Shown one piece after another: positions 31,402 to 41,174 of a stretch of DNA of 64,000 bases. Under the pieces are notes generated by a model. The model did not search any database. It was given only the letters and a program-made list of their open reading frames with translations, and was not told where the DNA came from. The stretch covers positions 608,001-672,000 of the forward strand of contig CBDCXV010000010.1 in assembly GCA_965223905.1 (NCBI GenBank). Reading direction: 5' to 3'. A program made the position numbers and the translations under genes. Source of the DNA: Candidatus Latescibacterota bacterium. GTDB lineage: Bacteria > Latescibacterota > UBA2968 > UBA8231. How positions within the stretch are numbered: the stretch's first letter is position 1; each line of letters begins with the position of its first letter.

Positions 31402-32001
31402 ACCTCGCTCAGGATTCTGGGACACTCTCTACTGAATCGGTGGGCTGAGAAAAAGTGGATGGAGTGTGGGAACGAGGTGGGCAGTGCGTCCAGACGACAT
31501 CAAGGTTCAATTCGATACTCGACTGAGGAACCAATCAACGCGTCAACGCGGGATCGGAAGAATCATCTGCGCGCCGTTGAAAAAACAGCGCTGTTTCGCA
31601 CTGTCACCTGCTCGTGACAGGGTTTCCAAGGTAGCCACGGTATCCCTGAATGTCAATCGAGGGGCCAACTCTCGGCCCTCCTGCGGGGCAGGAATCCGCG
31701 GCTATTCTCCTGCCCCGAATAGTTCCTGGTCTACGAGACGAATTCCCTCCCGCGGCTGCATTGCGGCCCACAAGCCCCCTGTATACCTTTGTGGAAGGTG
31801 TTGTAAGTATCGGTATAATCTGAACTAATGTCCTGTCCCCTCAATACCTTGCCATTCGGTCGTCGATCCATCAAGGCTCGCGGTGTTGCCTTCGCCCGCC
31901 GTACACCCTCGGTACGACTCGCTCAGGCGCTTTGCGAGCCGGGTGCCTCGGCGGCCGAATTTTGGCCATCTATTTCCCGGACAGGACACTGAGGATACGG
32001 C

Positions 32002-33930
32002 ATGGCATTCCGAGCCGGGGTCGCCGCGGCGTTCGCAACTCACCTGCTACTGGCTGGTTACGCCTTAGCGGAGGGGGGGGGGACCAAGGTGGAGGACCAG
32101 GTGCGGGATTATCTGCTCCCCGTGGTGAGGTACCTCAAGCAGGCCTACATCGACGAGGTTCCACCCGACTCGCTGATGCGCGTGGGAGTCGACGGCCTCT
32201 TTCGCGCCCTCGATCCCGGGTCCGACTTCACCTGGTCCGGAGAGGGCGGCAGTTGGCGCGACAACTTCACCCTGCTCGAGAGGATCGTGCACCACCTCGA
32301 CCGCAAGGCCTACTACTCCGTCGGCGCCGACACCCTGGTCCGCTTCGGCATCGCCGGAATGATGTCGATGCTCGATCCGGACACGGTCTTCATGGAAAAG
32401 ATGAACCTCGACAACTTCCGCATCGATGTTCAGGGTGAATACGGAGGGGTCGGGTTCCGCATTCAGGTGATACGCCCGGACAGCGCCATCGCCATCGCAT
32501 CGCTGCTGCACGAGAAGACGCCCGCGGCCCTCGCCGGGGTCAAGTCGGGCGACATTATCATCGCCATCGACGACAGTGCCACCACGCACATGTCGGCGAG
32601 CGACGCGGCGAGCCTCATGCGCGGCAAGGCCGATACCCCGGTAACCCTGACTCTGCTCCGGGCAGGGGTCGAAGATCCTGTGGAGGTCACCATCATCCGC
32701 AAGAAAGTCCACATCGACGGGGTGTCCTACTCCACGATGTTTCCCGACTCCACCGGATACATACGGCTGCTCAAGTTCCAGCAACACTCCGCCAGCGAGA
32801 TCGACTCGGCCCTGGCAGACCTCATCGGCCGGGGGATGAAGCGGCTGATACTCGACCTGCGCAGCAACAGCGGCGGCTACCTCCACGAAGCGGTGCGCGT
32901 CGCGGATCTGTTTCTGCCGAAGGACCACCTCGTGGTCTACACCGCTGGTCGCGCCTTCGAGGACACGACGAAGTACTTCACCAGAAAGGATCCCAGTTTC
33001 GGAGAAGGGCCCCTGCTGCTGATGGTCGACCGCGGCTCCGCCAGCGCTTCCGAGATCGTCTCGGGAGCCATGCAGGACTGGGACCGCGCCCTCGTCCTGG
33101 GCCAGCCATCGGTCGGCAAGGGCTCGGTGCAGAAAACCGTCTCCATCGGGGAAAAAGCGGAGCTCAAGCTGACCGTGGCGGCCTATTTCATCCCCAGCGG
33201 GCGCTCGATCGATAAACGCATGCGCAAGGACTCCACACTGGTCGCGCTTTCTGACCAGGAGTTCAGAACCAGGCGCCGGGGACGCATCGTGCACGGGGCG
33301 GGAGGGATCACTCCCGACATTCCGGCGCCTGGTCGCAAACGCACTCCGCTTTTCGCCCAGCTGGAGGGCTGGCTGACCGCGGACAGCAAGTTCTTTCGAT
33401 TCGCCCGCGAGTACCCCGTACACAACTCGGGGCTGACCCACGAGTTCGTCGCCGGAGATTCGGTCCTCGAGGAGTTCCGGGAGTACCTCGAAGCACAGGA
33501 GTTCTCTTACGTCAGCGAACTCGAGAACCGGCTGCTGAACCTCGAGGAGAAGGTCGAGGAAGAGGAAGAACAGGACAGCCTGGACAAGCCAATGGGCAGG
33601 CTGAAGAAGGAGATCGACAAGATCGAGGAGAAGCACTGGGAAGCCGACGCCGAGTTGATCAAGTGGAAGCTGACTTTCGACATCCTCGAAAAGACGTTCG
33701 GAATGAAGGCTGCCTATGCATACGACGTAGCCGTCGATCCCCAGGTTCGGTTGGCCAGGGAAATCATCGCCGATCCGGAGCGCTACGAAAGCTACTTTCG
33801 CCTTATCGAGATCGGCCTGACCGACGAGGAGACCATCGCCGCAGCCACGAATACCCCCGCACTCGAGGAGAGGCCGGCGGGCCTCGGGGTGCTCGAAGAT
33901 CCGGTTACCGAATCGGTTACCGAATTCTGA
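32002..33930 (+). CDS. S41-family carboxy-terminal processing protease with PDZ domain (CtpA-like)
   Basis: GEYGGVG, PDZ domain, ILDLRSNSGG, SASASEIV, GKGSVQ, GGITPD. Confidence 0.93.
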   Translation: MAFRAGVAAAFATHLLLAGYALAEGGGTKVEDQVRDYLLPVVRYLKQAYIDEVPPDSLMRVGVDGLFRALDPGSDFTWSGEGGSWRDNFTLLERIVHHLDRKAYYSVGADTLVRFGIAGMMSMLDPDTVFMEKMNLDNFRIDVQGEYGGVGFRIQVIRPDSAIAIASLLHEKTPAALAGVKSGDIIIAIDDSATTHMSASDAASLMRGKADTPVTLTLLRAGVEDPVEVTIIRKKVHIDGVSYSTMFPDSTGYIRLLKFQQHSASEIDSALADLIGRGMKRLILDLRSNSGGYLHEAVRVADLFLPKDHLVVYTAGRAFEDTTKYFTRKDPSFGEGPLLLMVDRGSASASEIVSGAMQDWDRALVLGQPSVGKGSVQKTVSIGEKAELKLTVAAYFIPSGRSIDKRMRKDSTLVALSDQEFRTRRRGRIVHGAGGITPDIPAPGRKRTPLFAQLEGWLTADSKFFRFAREYPVHNSGLTHEFVAGDSVLEEFREYLEAQEFSYVSELENRLLNLEEKVEEEEEQDSLDKPMGRLKKEIDKIEEKHWEADAELIKWKLTFDILEKTFGMKAAYAYDVAVDPQVRLAREIIADPERYESYFRLIEIGLTDEETIAAATNTPALEERPAGLGVLEDPVTESVTEF

Positions 33931-33967
33931 TTCGTATATTCTGGTTTGCCTTCGGCTGCTCCGACCG

Positions 33968-34005
33968 GGCCCGCTTCCTCGCTGGAAGTCGGGCCTTTGT
34001 TTTTT
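33968..34005 (+). terminator. Rho-independent terminator after the S41 protease gene
   Basis: Hairpin ggcccgcttcc/ggaagtcgggcc followed by tttgtttttt. Confidence 0.7.
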
Positions 34006-34216
34006 CATGCCTGGAAACTACACAATTGAGCACCTATCCATAAACTCCTGGACAAATATTGCATATCTATATTTCACAACAAGTTACGCATACAATCATG
34101 CATGCGCCGACTTGCTGCCACATCTGTCGGGTCACTATATTTAATTGATTTTCGGACCCCGGAGACTGCCGGAAGCATCCGCCAAACGGACGCAACCAAC
34201 TGTTTTTGATGATGAT

Positions 34217-35161
34217 ATGAAGAGCAAAGGCCGTTTGCCTCCCTGGCTCAGGGTCAGAGCCCCGGGCAGCCCCAACTACCTCGATCTCAAGAGGCTGGTA
34301 AAGGAGCTCAGGCTCAACACGGTGTGCGAAAGCGCCCAGTGCCCCAACATCGGGGAATGCTGGGGGAGCCGCACCGCGACCTTCATGATCCTGGGAGACA
34401 TCTGCACGCGCAGCTGCGGCTTTTGCGCCATCCGCACCGGGCGCCCGCAAGGTCTCGACGAAGGGGAACCGCTGAGGGTTGCCCGCGCCATCGCAACCCT
34501 GGGGCTGAGGCACGCGGTTATCACTTCTGTCAACAGGGACGAGCTTTCCGATGGCGGCGCACGTATCTTCGCCCGGACCCTCGACGAGGTCCACCGACTC
34601 TGCCCCGGTACCACGGTCGAGGTGCTGATACCGGATTTCCAGGGGAATCTCGAAGCGCTGCAGACCGTGCTCGACTCCGGTCCCGACATACTCAACCACA
34701 ACGTCGAAACCGCCCCACGGCTGTACGGCTCCATGCGGCCGCAGGCGAAATACCGCCGCTCGCTCGAGCTGCTCGACCGCGCCCGCCGGCTCGGCCCGGC
34801 GCCTACGAAATCGGGGATGATGCTCGGCGCCGGGGAGACCCGGCTGGAGACAGAGGAAGTCATCGCCGATCTCGCCGCGGTCGGCTGCAGCATCCTCACC
34901 CTCGGACAGTACCTGAGCCCCTCGAAGCGCCACCATCCCGTCGCCCGTTTCGTGCCTCCGCACGAATTCGTGGAACTCCGCGACTACGCGCTGAAGCTCG
35001 GCTTCCGCCACGTCGAATCCGGCCCCCTGGTGCGCAGCTCGTACCACGCCGAACGGCAGGTGAGCGGCTTCGAAATGGCCGCGGTCCACCCCTTCTCCCC
35101 ACAACCCGAAGATGCGGCGGGCCCAGCAGTCGTTTCCCCACCGCGGCCATCAACCGGATGA
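34217..35161 (+). CDS. lipA: Lipoyl synthase
   Basis: CESAQCPNIGEC, CTRSCGFC, NHNVET, LVRSSYHA. Confidence 0.97.
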   Translation: MKSKGRLPPWLRVRAPGSPNYLDLKRLVKELRLNTVCESAQCPNIGECWGSRTATFMILGDICTRSCGFCAIRTGRPQGLDEGEPLRVARAIATLGLRHAVITSVNRDELSDGGARIFARTLDEVHRLCPGTTVEVLIPDFQGNLEALQTVLDSGPDILNHNVETAPRLYGSMRPQAKYRRSLELLDRARRLGPAPTKSGMMLGAGETRLETEEVIADLAAVGCSILTLGQYLSPSKRHHPVARFVPPHEFVELRDYALKLGFRHVESGPLVRSSYHAERQVSGFEMAAVHPFSPQPEDAAGPAVVSPPRPSTG

Positions 35162-35171
35162 CAACCGAGTA

Positions 35172-36185
35172 ATGCCCATCCTCAACCTCGACAAGAAATC
35201 GCTCCCGCCGTACCTGCGCCGCAAGAAGATCGTCGTTCAGGGGGAATCGATCCGGGAGATCGACCCGGTGGGAGACGGCAGGAAGAACACCATCTACGCG
35301 GTCGTCACCTCGCGGCAGCGGCTGATCGTCAAGCAGGCGCACTCGCGGATCCAGCAGACCAAGGAGCGCATCTATCTCGACCGCAAGCGGATCTTCCATG
35401 AGAACGCCTGTATCGGCGTGCTCGCCGAGATCGTTCCCCCCGACTTCGTTCCCACCCCCCTTCTCCTCGACCGCAGCAATTTCATCCTCGTCACCACCGG
35501 GCCCGCTCGCGAGGCCCTGCTCTGGGAAAACGAGCTCCTGCGCGGGCGCGTCGACCTGCAGCTCGCCGCCCAGTGCGGCGAGCTGCTCGCCACGGTTCAC
35601 AACGACACGGTAAACTCGCGCGACCTGAGGGAGATGTTACAGAACACCAAGCCTTTCGAGCAGCTGCGCATCGCCCCTGCGTACGGCCGTGTCGCCGAAG
35701 CTTTTCCCGAGTACAAGAAGGTCATCGAGGATCAGTCCAAGGAGCTGCTGAAGGGCCGCAGGGTCATGGTTTTGGGCGACCTCCGTCCGCGCAACGTCTG
35801 GGTCAACAAGGGCTCGATCTTCCTCATCGATTTCGCCACCGCACATTACGGGAGCCCGGCGTTCGACCTCGCCTTCTACTGCAGCGACCTGTGTCTCAAG
35901 GCGATCATCAACAGCCCGCAGAAGGCCGCCTACCTCGAGGCCATCAACGTCTTCTGGTTGTCCTATTTCGGCGTCGCCCGGTATGCCCGGCAGCCGAAGG
36001 TCGAGCGCTCCGCGGTGAGGAGCTTCGGCTGTCTGCTGCTCGCCAGGGTCCAGTCCCCGCCACCGGACATGGACCCGGCGACCTGCGACCTCACCCGGCG
36101 GATCGCGCAGAGCCTGCTGACCACCGAACTCGAAAAGATTGAGGACATCACCGAGTTCATCAATCGCACCCTTATTGATGGATAG
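35172..36185 (+). CDS. Aminoglycoside-phosphotransferase-fold kinase, methylthioribose-kinase-like, divergent
   Basis: GDGRKN, LIVKQA, GDLRPRN, IDF.TAHYGSPAFD. Confidence 0.7.
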   Translation: MPILNLDKKSLPPYLRRKKIVVQGESIREIDPVGDGRKNTIYAVVTSRQRLIVKQAHSRIQQTKERIYLDRKRIFHENACIGVLAEIVPPDFVPTPLLLDRSNFILVTTGPAREALLWENELLRGRVDLQLAAQCGELLATVHNDTVNSRDLREMLQNTKPFEQLRIAPAYGRVAEAFPEYKKVIEDQSKELLKGRRVMVLGDLRPRNVWVNKGSIFLIDFATAHYGSPAFDLAFYCSDLCLKAIINSPQKAAYLEAINVFWLSYFGVARYARQPKVERSAVRSFGCLLLARVQSPPPDMDPATCDLTRRIAQSLLTTELEKIEDITEFINRTLIDG

Positions 36186-37782
36186 GAGCCTGCCCCGCGT
36201 CCGGCGCTTCGGCGCGGCGCTCGCGGCCGGGTTCCTCCTTACCTGCTCACTTCCCTCCCCGCGGCCCCACTACCGCCCCGACCTGCCGAAGCCGGCCCGG
36301 GAGTTCCGGGGCGTATGGGTGGCGACGGTCGCCAACATCGACTGGCCGTCTGCGCCCGGCATTCCGAGCCGAACCCAGCAGGCCGAAGCGCTCGCCATCC
36401 TCGAGCGCTGCCGCGCCCTCAACTTCAATGCCGTGATCCTTCAGGTCAGGCCGCAGTGCGACGTCATCTACCCCTCCGCCCTCGAGCCGTGGTCCTTCTT
36501 TCTCAGCGGCGAGCAGGGGCTCCCGCCGCAGCCGATCTACGATCCGCTGAGCTTCTGGGTCGACGAGGCCCACGCCCGCGGCCTCGAGCTCCATGCCTGG
36601 GTCAATCCGTTTCGCGCCAACCACCCCGGGCACAGGGGCAAGCTGTCTCCCCGGTCGATCGTCTCGCGGCGCCCCGACCTCGCGCTCCGGCTAGGCGGCA
36701 AGGGCTACTACTGGCTCGACCCCGGGCGGCCCGAGGCGCGGGCGCACACCATGGGGGTCATCCTCGAGGTCGTCGAACACTACGACGTCGACGGCATCCA
36801 CCTCGACGACTACTTCTACCCGTACCCCTCCTACAACGACGGCGCCGATTTTCCCGATGGGGACAGCTGGGCGGCCTACCGCGATTCCGGGGGCTCCCTG
36901 TCTCGGTCCGACTGGCGCCGCGGCAACGTCGACGATTTCGTCCGCGATCTCTATCGGGAGGTCAAGCAGCGGCGGCCCGAGGTAAAGGTCGGCATCAGTC
37001 CGTTCGGCATCTGGCGGCCGGGGCATCCCCCCGGCACGGAAGTGGGAGTGGACCAGTACGAAACCCTCTTCGCCGACCCCCGCCTGTGGCTGCGGCAGGG
37101 ATGGCTGGACTACTGCGCCCCGCAGCTGTACTGGCGCGTCGCCTCCGAGACCCGGAGCTTCCCGGCCCTGCTGTCCTGGTGGCTGGAGAACAACCTCCAG
37201 AGCCGCCACATATGGCCGGGCCTGTACACCAGCAGAGTCAGCCAGGGCAAATGGCCGGCCAGGGAGGTGGTCGATCAGATTGCGCTTGCCCGCGACATCC
37301 TCGATAGCGACGGGCATCTGCACTTCAGCATGCGCGCCATCCAGGCCGGGAATGGCCCCTCGCGGCAGCTGACCACCTCGATCGGGGCCCGGATATACGC
37401 CCAGCCGGCGCTCGTTCCCCGCTCGTCGTGGCTCGACTCCACGCCGCCGCCCCCGCCGGAGGTTGCCCCGATGGTACGGAACGGAAGCCGGGTCGAACTC
37501 TCCTGGAAGCAGCCGGCCGGGGAAGACCCGTTTCTCTACGTGGTGTACTCGAAGGCGGGAACGAGCTGGACCTACGACATCCTTCCCGGCACCCGGACAG
37601 GCCACGAGCTCGATTCCCGGGGGCTGTCGTGGTCGGGACCCGGGCGCGCAGAGCGCCGGGAGTTTGCGGTAAGCGCCGTCGACCGCCTGGGGAACGAGAG
37701 CAATCCGGTGATGGTCGCCTGCCCGTCGCAGGCAATCCGCAGGGCGGTTGGAGCCCCGGCGCCTCAACGCAGGTGGGACTGA
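36178..37782 (+). CDS. Glycoside hydrolase-like family 10 (DUF187/YddW-type) protein with FN3-like tail
   Basis: REFRGVWVATVANIDWPS, ELHAWVNP, YDVDGIHLDDYFYPY, GISPFGIW, PQLYW, VSAVDRLGNES. Confidence 0.92.
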   Translation: MDRSLPRVRRFGAALAAGFLLTCSLPSPRPHYRPDLPKPAREFRGVWVATVANIDWPSAPGIPSRTQQAEALAILERCRALNFNAVILQVRPQCDVIYPSALEPWSFFLSGEQGLPPQPIYDPLSFWVDEAHARGLELHAWVNPFRANHPGHRGKLSPRSIVSRRPDLALRLGGKGYYWLDPGRPEARAHTMGVILEVVEHYDVDGIHLDDYFYPYPSYNDGADFPDGDSWAAYRDSGGSLSRSDWRRGNVDDFVRDLYREVKQRRPEVKVGISPFGIWRPGHPPGTEVGVDQYETLFADPRLWLRQGWLDYCAPQLYWRVASETRSFPALLSWWLENNLQSRHIWPGLYTSRVSQGKWPAREVVDQIALARDILDSDGHLHFSMRAIQAGNGPSRQLTTSIGARIYAQPALVPRSSWLDSTPPPPPEVAPMVRNGSRVELSWKQPAGEDPFLYVVYSKAGTSWTYDILPGTRTGHELDSRGLSWSGPGRAERREFAVSAVDRLGNESNPVMVACPSQAIRRAVGAPAPQRRWD

Positions 37783-38522
37783 AAGTCTTTACTGCTCGAC
37801 AGGATGTGGGCGCGCATGCGCTCGCGCGCGGCCTTGGAGTCCTTGCCGGCGAGGGCGTCGAACACCTCGTGATGCTGCGCCACCGAAAGGCGGGCACGGT
37901 TCGCGGCCCGGGATGACGAGGTTTCCAGGCTCCCCTTGATCCACTCCTGCAGGTAGCCGCGGGTGGTGCGCACCAGGTTGTAGAGGATCGAGTTGTGGGC
38001 GGCGCGGGCGACCTCGAGGTGGAAGGCGACGTCGAACTCGAGGAACTCCCCCGGCCGTTCGATCTCCTTCTCCATTCCGCGCAGCGTCGCCGCGATCGCC
38101 GCGAGGTTCTCCCCGGTGGCGCGCTCCGCCGCCCACGATGCCGTGTTGGACTCGAGCATGAGCCGCGTTTCGATGAGGTCGCCGACCTGCTTCGGGTCGA
38201 GGGCGAAGCCCCACTCGTAGGCGCGCCCGAGGTAGCTCTCGTTGTCCGCCACGAAGGTGCCGTCCCCGACGCGGCCGGTGAGGATGCCCATCACCGAGAG
38301 CGACCGCAGGGCCTCGCGGACCGAGGTTCTCCCGACCGCGAAGCGGCGGCACAGCTCCCGCTCGGACGGCAGCCGGTCCCCCGGTTTCAGCACGTTGCGC
38401 GAGATCAGGTCGATGATCTGGTCGACGATGGCGTCGCTGACCGAGCTTTTCGGGACCGGCCGCAGGAGTTCGGCTCCTTCGGCGGCTCCCGTCCGTCCCC
38501 GGCTCGTTTCACCAGAACTCAT
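37764..38522 (-). CDS. FadR/GntR-family transcriptional regulator
   Basis: LPSERELC..F.VGRTSVREALR HTH; FCD domain (D..FH...A..AHN). Confidence 0.93.
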   Translation of the reverse strand: MSSGETSRGRTGAAEGAELLRPVPKSSVSDAIVDQIIDLISRNVLKPGDRLPSERELCRRFAVGRTSVREALRSLSVMGILTGRVGDGTFVADNESYLGRAYEWGFALDPKQVGDLIETRLMLESNTASWAAERATGENLAAIAATLRGMEKEIERPGEFLEFDVAFHLEVARAAHNSILYNLVRTTRGYLQEWIKGSLETSSSRAANRARLSVAQHHEVFDALAGKDSKAARERMRAHILSSSKDFQSHLR

Positions 38523-38562
38523 GATTGCTTTTATCGGCCGCCTTTGTACTTTCCTGTTGCCA

Positions 38563-38575
38563 ATGGTCTGACCAT
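38563..38575. promoter_or_regulatory. FadR-subfamily operator palindrome
   Basis: ATGGTC-T-GACCAT in the 108-bp divergent intergenic region; matches the TGGTCnGACCA type of FadR/PdhR/LldR site. Confidence 0.75.
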
Positions 38576-38630
38576 CAGGCAGATTTTCTATTGATACTCA
38601 GCCGGCAGCGCGCTGTCAAGGAAGGTTGCC

Positions 38631-39278
38631 ATGCCCCGGATCCTCGACCTCGGCTCCCGCATCGAGCTCGTGCCGATGGACTTGCACTGCGAGGAGATCT
38701 CCATAGCCCTGTACCGCCAGGAGGAATCCGGCGGACCCGAGTTTCTCGTCCACACCTACAGCGGCAGGGAAGGCGCCAGCGAACGGGTCCGCTTCATATC
38801 CGCGGCGATGAAGGTGATGGGAAACGTCGAGGACTCCCCGGCGAACCCGGGCTGCCTGCGCTTCCCCTGCGGCCGCGGCCATGACCTGGCCTGCCGGCGG
38901 CTGTTCCTCGAGGCCTGCAAGCTCCCCAACGGCAGCGACCTCGCCCCCAGACCATTGTCCGTTTTCGACAAGAAGGCCGGCAAGGAGATGGTTGCCGTCA
39001 GCGAGGGGGAAGGCCTGTACAGGGTCAGCGCGGACGACCCGGGCGAAAGCATGACCTTGCGGCGCGTCGCCGCCACGGCAGGCGGCCTCGCCAAGCTCGG
39101 GGAAATGGAGCCGGCCGGCGACCGCCGGGACCAGATTCGCTTCGAGTGCGGCCAGGCGCACGACAACCTCGTCGCCGTGCTGCTGCCCCGGGCCCTCAAC
39201 GTGCGCACCGCCATGCGCGAGGCCGAGGCCGCGGCGGCGCGGGGAGTGCTCTCCGCTCCGAGCGCGCAGGACCGGTAG
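38631..39278 (+). CDS. Hypothetical protein with an internally duplicated RFxCGxxHD motif
   Basis: LRFPCGRGHD and IRFECGQAHD; AAGGAAGG ribosome binding site; first gene of the operon. Confidence 0.7.
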   Translation: MPRILDLGSRIELVPMDLHCEEISIALYRQEESGGPEFLVHTYSGREGASERVRFISAAMKVMGNVEDSPANPGCLRFPCGRGHDLACRRLFLEACKLPNGSDLAPRPLSVFDKKAGKEMVAVSEGEGLYRVSADDPGESMTLRRVAATAGGLAKLGEMEPAGDRRDQIRFECGQAHDNLVAVLLPRALNVRTAMREAEAAAARGVLSAPSAQDR

Positions 39279-39349
39279 CTCGAGGACATGAGGGGATCTG
39301 TAACCGGGACAGAATGAAGAAGCCAGGCAACTGAAAAGGAGAACGTCTC

Positions 39350-40411
39350 ATGGCAGACACCAAACCGATGACTGGCCGCGAGCGCGTGCTCGCGGCGCTG
39401 CGCCGGGAGCCGGTCGACCGCACGCCCGTGTGCAATCCGACCTCGGTGGCGACCGTCGAGCTGATGGACCTCGTCGCCGCCCCCTTTCCCGAGGCCAACC
39501 GCAAGCCCGAGCTCATGGCCCGCCTCGCCGCCACCGGGTACACCGAGCTCGGCTTCGACACCATCATGCCGGTATTCACGATCATCCAGGAGTCCTCCGC
39601 CCTCGGCTGCAAGATCCAGTGGGAGCAGAAGGACAACTGGCCGACGGTGCGCATGCGCGAGCCGATCTACGAGAAGCTGGAGGACATCGTCATCCCGGAC
39701 GATCTCTGCACCCACCCCGACACCCGATGTGTCCTCAAGGCAATCTCCATCCTCAAGCGGGAGTACGGCGACGAGGTCGCGGTGATCGGCAAGACCATGG
39801 GGCCCTGGTCGCTCGCCTACCACTGCTTCGGCGTCGAGCCCTTCCTGTTGCTGTCGCTCGACGATCCGGATGCCACGCGCGCCATCCTCGACAAGCTGAA
39901 GAAGGTGACCGTCGACTTCGGCGTCGCCCAGATCGAGGCCGGCGCCGACGCCCTGACCCTGCCCGACCACGCCACCGGCGACCTGGTCAGCGGCGAGTAC
40001 TACGAACGCTATCTGCGCGACATGCACATCGAGTTCAGCGAGAGCATCCCGATTCCGCTGATTCTCCACATCTGCGGGCGCACCGTCGACCGCATGGAGT
40101 ACATCGCCCAGACCGGGATGGCCGCCTTCCACTACGACTCGAAGAACAAGCCGCAGGAGTCCGTCGACATCATGCGGCAGCGGATCTCGCTGGTCGGCAA
40201 CATCAACAACCCGGAAACGCTGTTCTCCAAGGGTCCCGGGGAGGTGCGGGCGGAAGTCTACAGGAACCTCGACGCCGGCGTGCAGCTGGTCGGCCCGGAA
40301 TGCGCCATACCGCTGCAGACCTCGATCGAAAACCTGCTGGAAATCCCCAAGGCGGTGCAGGACTGGCACCGGGAGCGCGCCTCTTCGGCAACCAACGCGA
40401 CGCTGAATTGA
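39350..40411 (+). CDS. MtaA/CmuA-family (UroD-fold) methylcobamide methyltransferase
   Basis: RERVLAAL...VDRTPV, TVELMD..AAPFPEA...PELMARLA, GPWSLA, QIEAGAD; Zn motif LHICG and GPECAI. Confidence 0.88.
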   Translation: MADTKPMTGRERVLAALRREPVDRTPVCNPTSVATVELMDLVAAPFPEANRKPELMARLAATGYTELGFDTIMPVFTIIQESSALGCKIQWEQKDNWPTVRMREPIYEKLEDIVIPDDLCTHPDTRCVLKAISILKREYGDEVAVIGKTMGPWSLAYHCFGVEPFLLLSLDDPDATRAILDKLKKVTVDFGVAQIEAGADALTLPDHATGDLVSGEYYERYLRDMHIEFSESIPIPLILHICGRTVDRMEYIAQTGMAAFHYDSKNKPQESVDIMRQRISLVGNINNPETLFSKGPGEVRAEVYRNLDAGVQLVGPECAIPLQTSIENLLEIPKAVQDWHRERASSATNATLN

Positions 40412-40413
40412 CG

Positions 40414-41163
40414 ATGGCTGAACTGTCCGACATTCAGAACGAAACGATCCGCTTCGAAATCGAGGAATACGTAGAGCGGCCCGAGGAAATCGAGCGCACC
40501 GTCGAGCTGTTCGCCGGGGCCCGGCCGCTGATGCAGGAGATCGCCGCGGCCCTGATCGAGGGCGATCACGGGACCGTCGATCGGCTTTCGAGACAGGCCC
40601 TGGACGAGGGCATCGAGGCGCTCGAAGTCATGGACGATGGCCTCATCGCCGGCATGGGCATCGTCGGCATCAAGTTCCGCGAGAACTTCATCTTCGTGCC
40701 CGAGGTGCTCTCCTGCGCCCGCGCAATGAAAGCCGGCATGGCCCACATCGAGCCGATCCTGTCGGCCTCGGGCGTGAAGAAGGCCGGCACCGTGATCATG
40801 GGGACCGTCAAGGGGGACCTCCACGACATCGGCAAGAACCTCTGCATCATGATGCTTCGGGGATCGGGCTTCGAGGTCATCGACCTCGGCGTCGACACCT
40901 CCGAGGACGAGTTCATCGACGCCGTCGAGGAGCACGGGGCGCCGCTGATCGGGATGTCGGCGCTGCTGACCACGACGATGCCGAACATGGGCAAGACCAT
41001 CGAGGCGTTCATCGACGCCGACCTGCGGGACGACGTGCAGATCATGGTCGGCGGAGCGCCGGTGACCCAGGAGTTCGCCGACGACATGGGGGCCGACGGT
41101 TACGGCAAGGACGCCCTGGCCTGCGTCGCTCTCGCCAAGGAGCTGGGCGGCTCGAAGACGTGA
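40414..41163 (+). CDS. Corrinoid (B12-binding) protein
   Basis: Cap domain FVPEVL, GTVKGDLHDIGKN, DLGVD, SALLTTTM, MVGGAP. Confidence 0.95.
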   Translation: MAELSDIQNETIRFEIEEYVERPEEIERTVELFAGARPLMQEIAAALIEGDHGTVDRLSRQALDEGIEALEVMDDGLIAGMGIVGIKFRENFIFVPEVLSCARAMKAGMAHIEPILSASGVKKAGTVIMGTVKGDLHDIGKNLCIMMLRGSGFEVIDLGVDTSEDEFIDAVEEHGAPLIGMSALLTTTMPNMGKTIEAFIDADLRDDVQIMVGGAPVTQEFADDMGADGYGKDALACVALAKELGGSKT

Positions 41164-41174
41164 CCTGACACGAG

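Noticed and set aside
33901-33927. Tandem repeat cggttaccgaat x2
   Set aside because: Only two copies, in frame at the end of the S41 gene (VTESVTEF); not an array.
38523-39349. Cobalamin or SAM riboswitch upstream of the corrinoid operon
   Set aside because: The intergenic gaps are short (108 and 71 bp) and I see no B12-box or SAM-box consensus.
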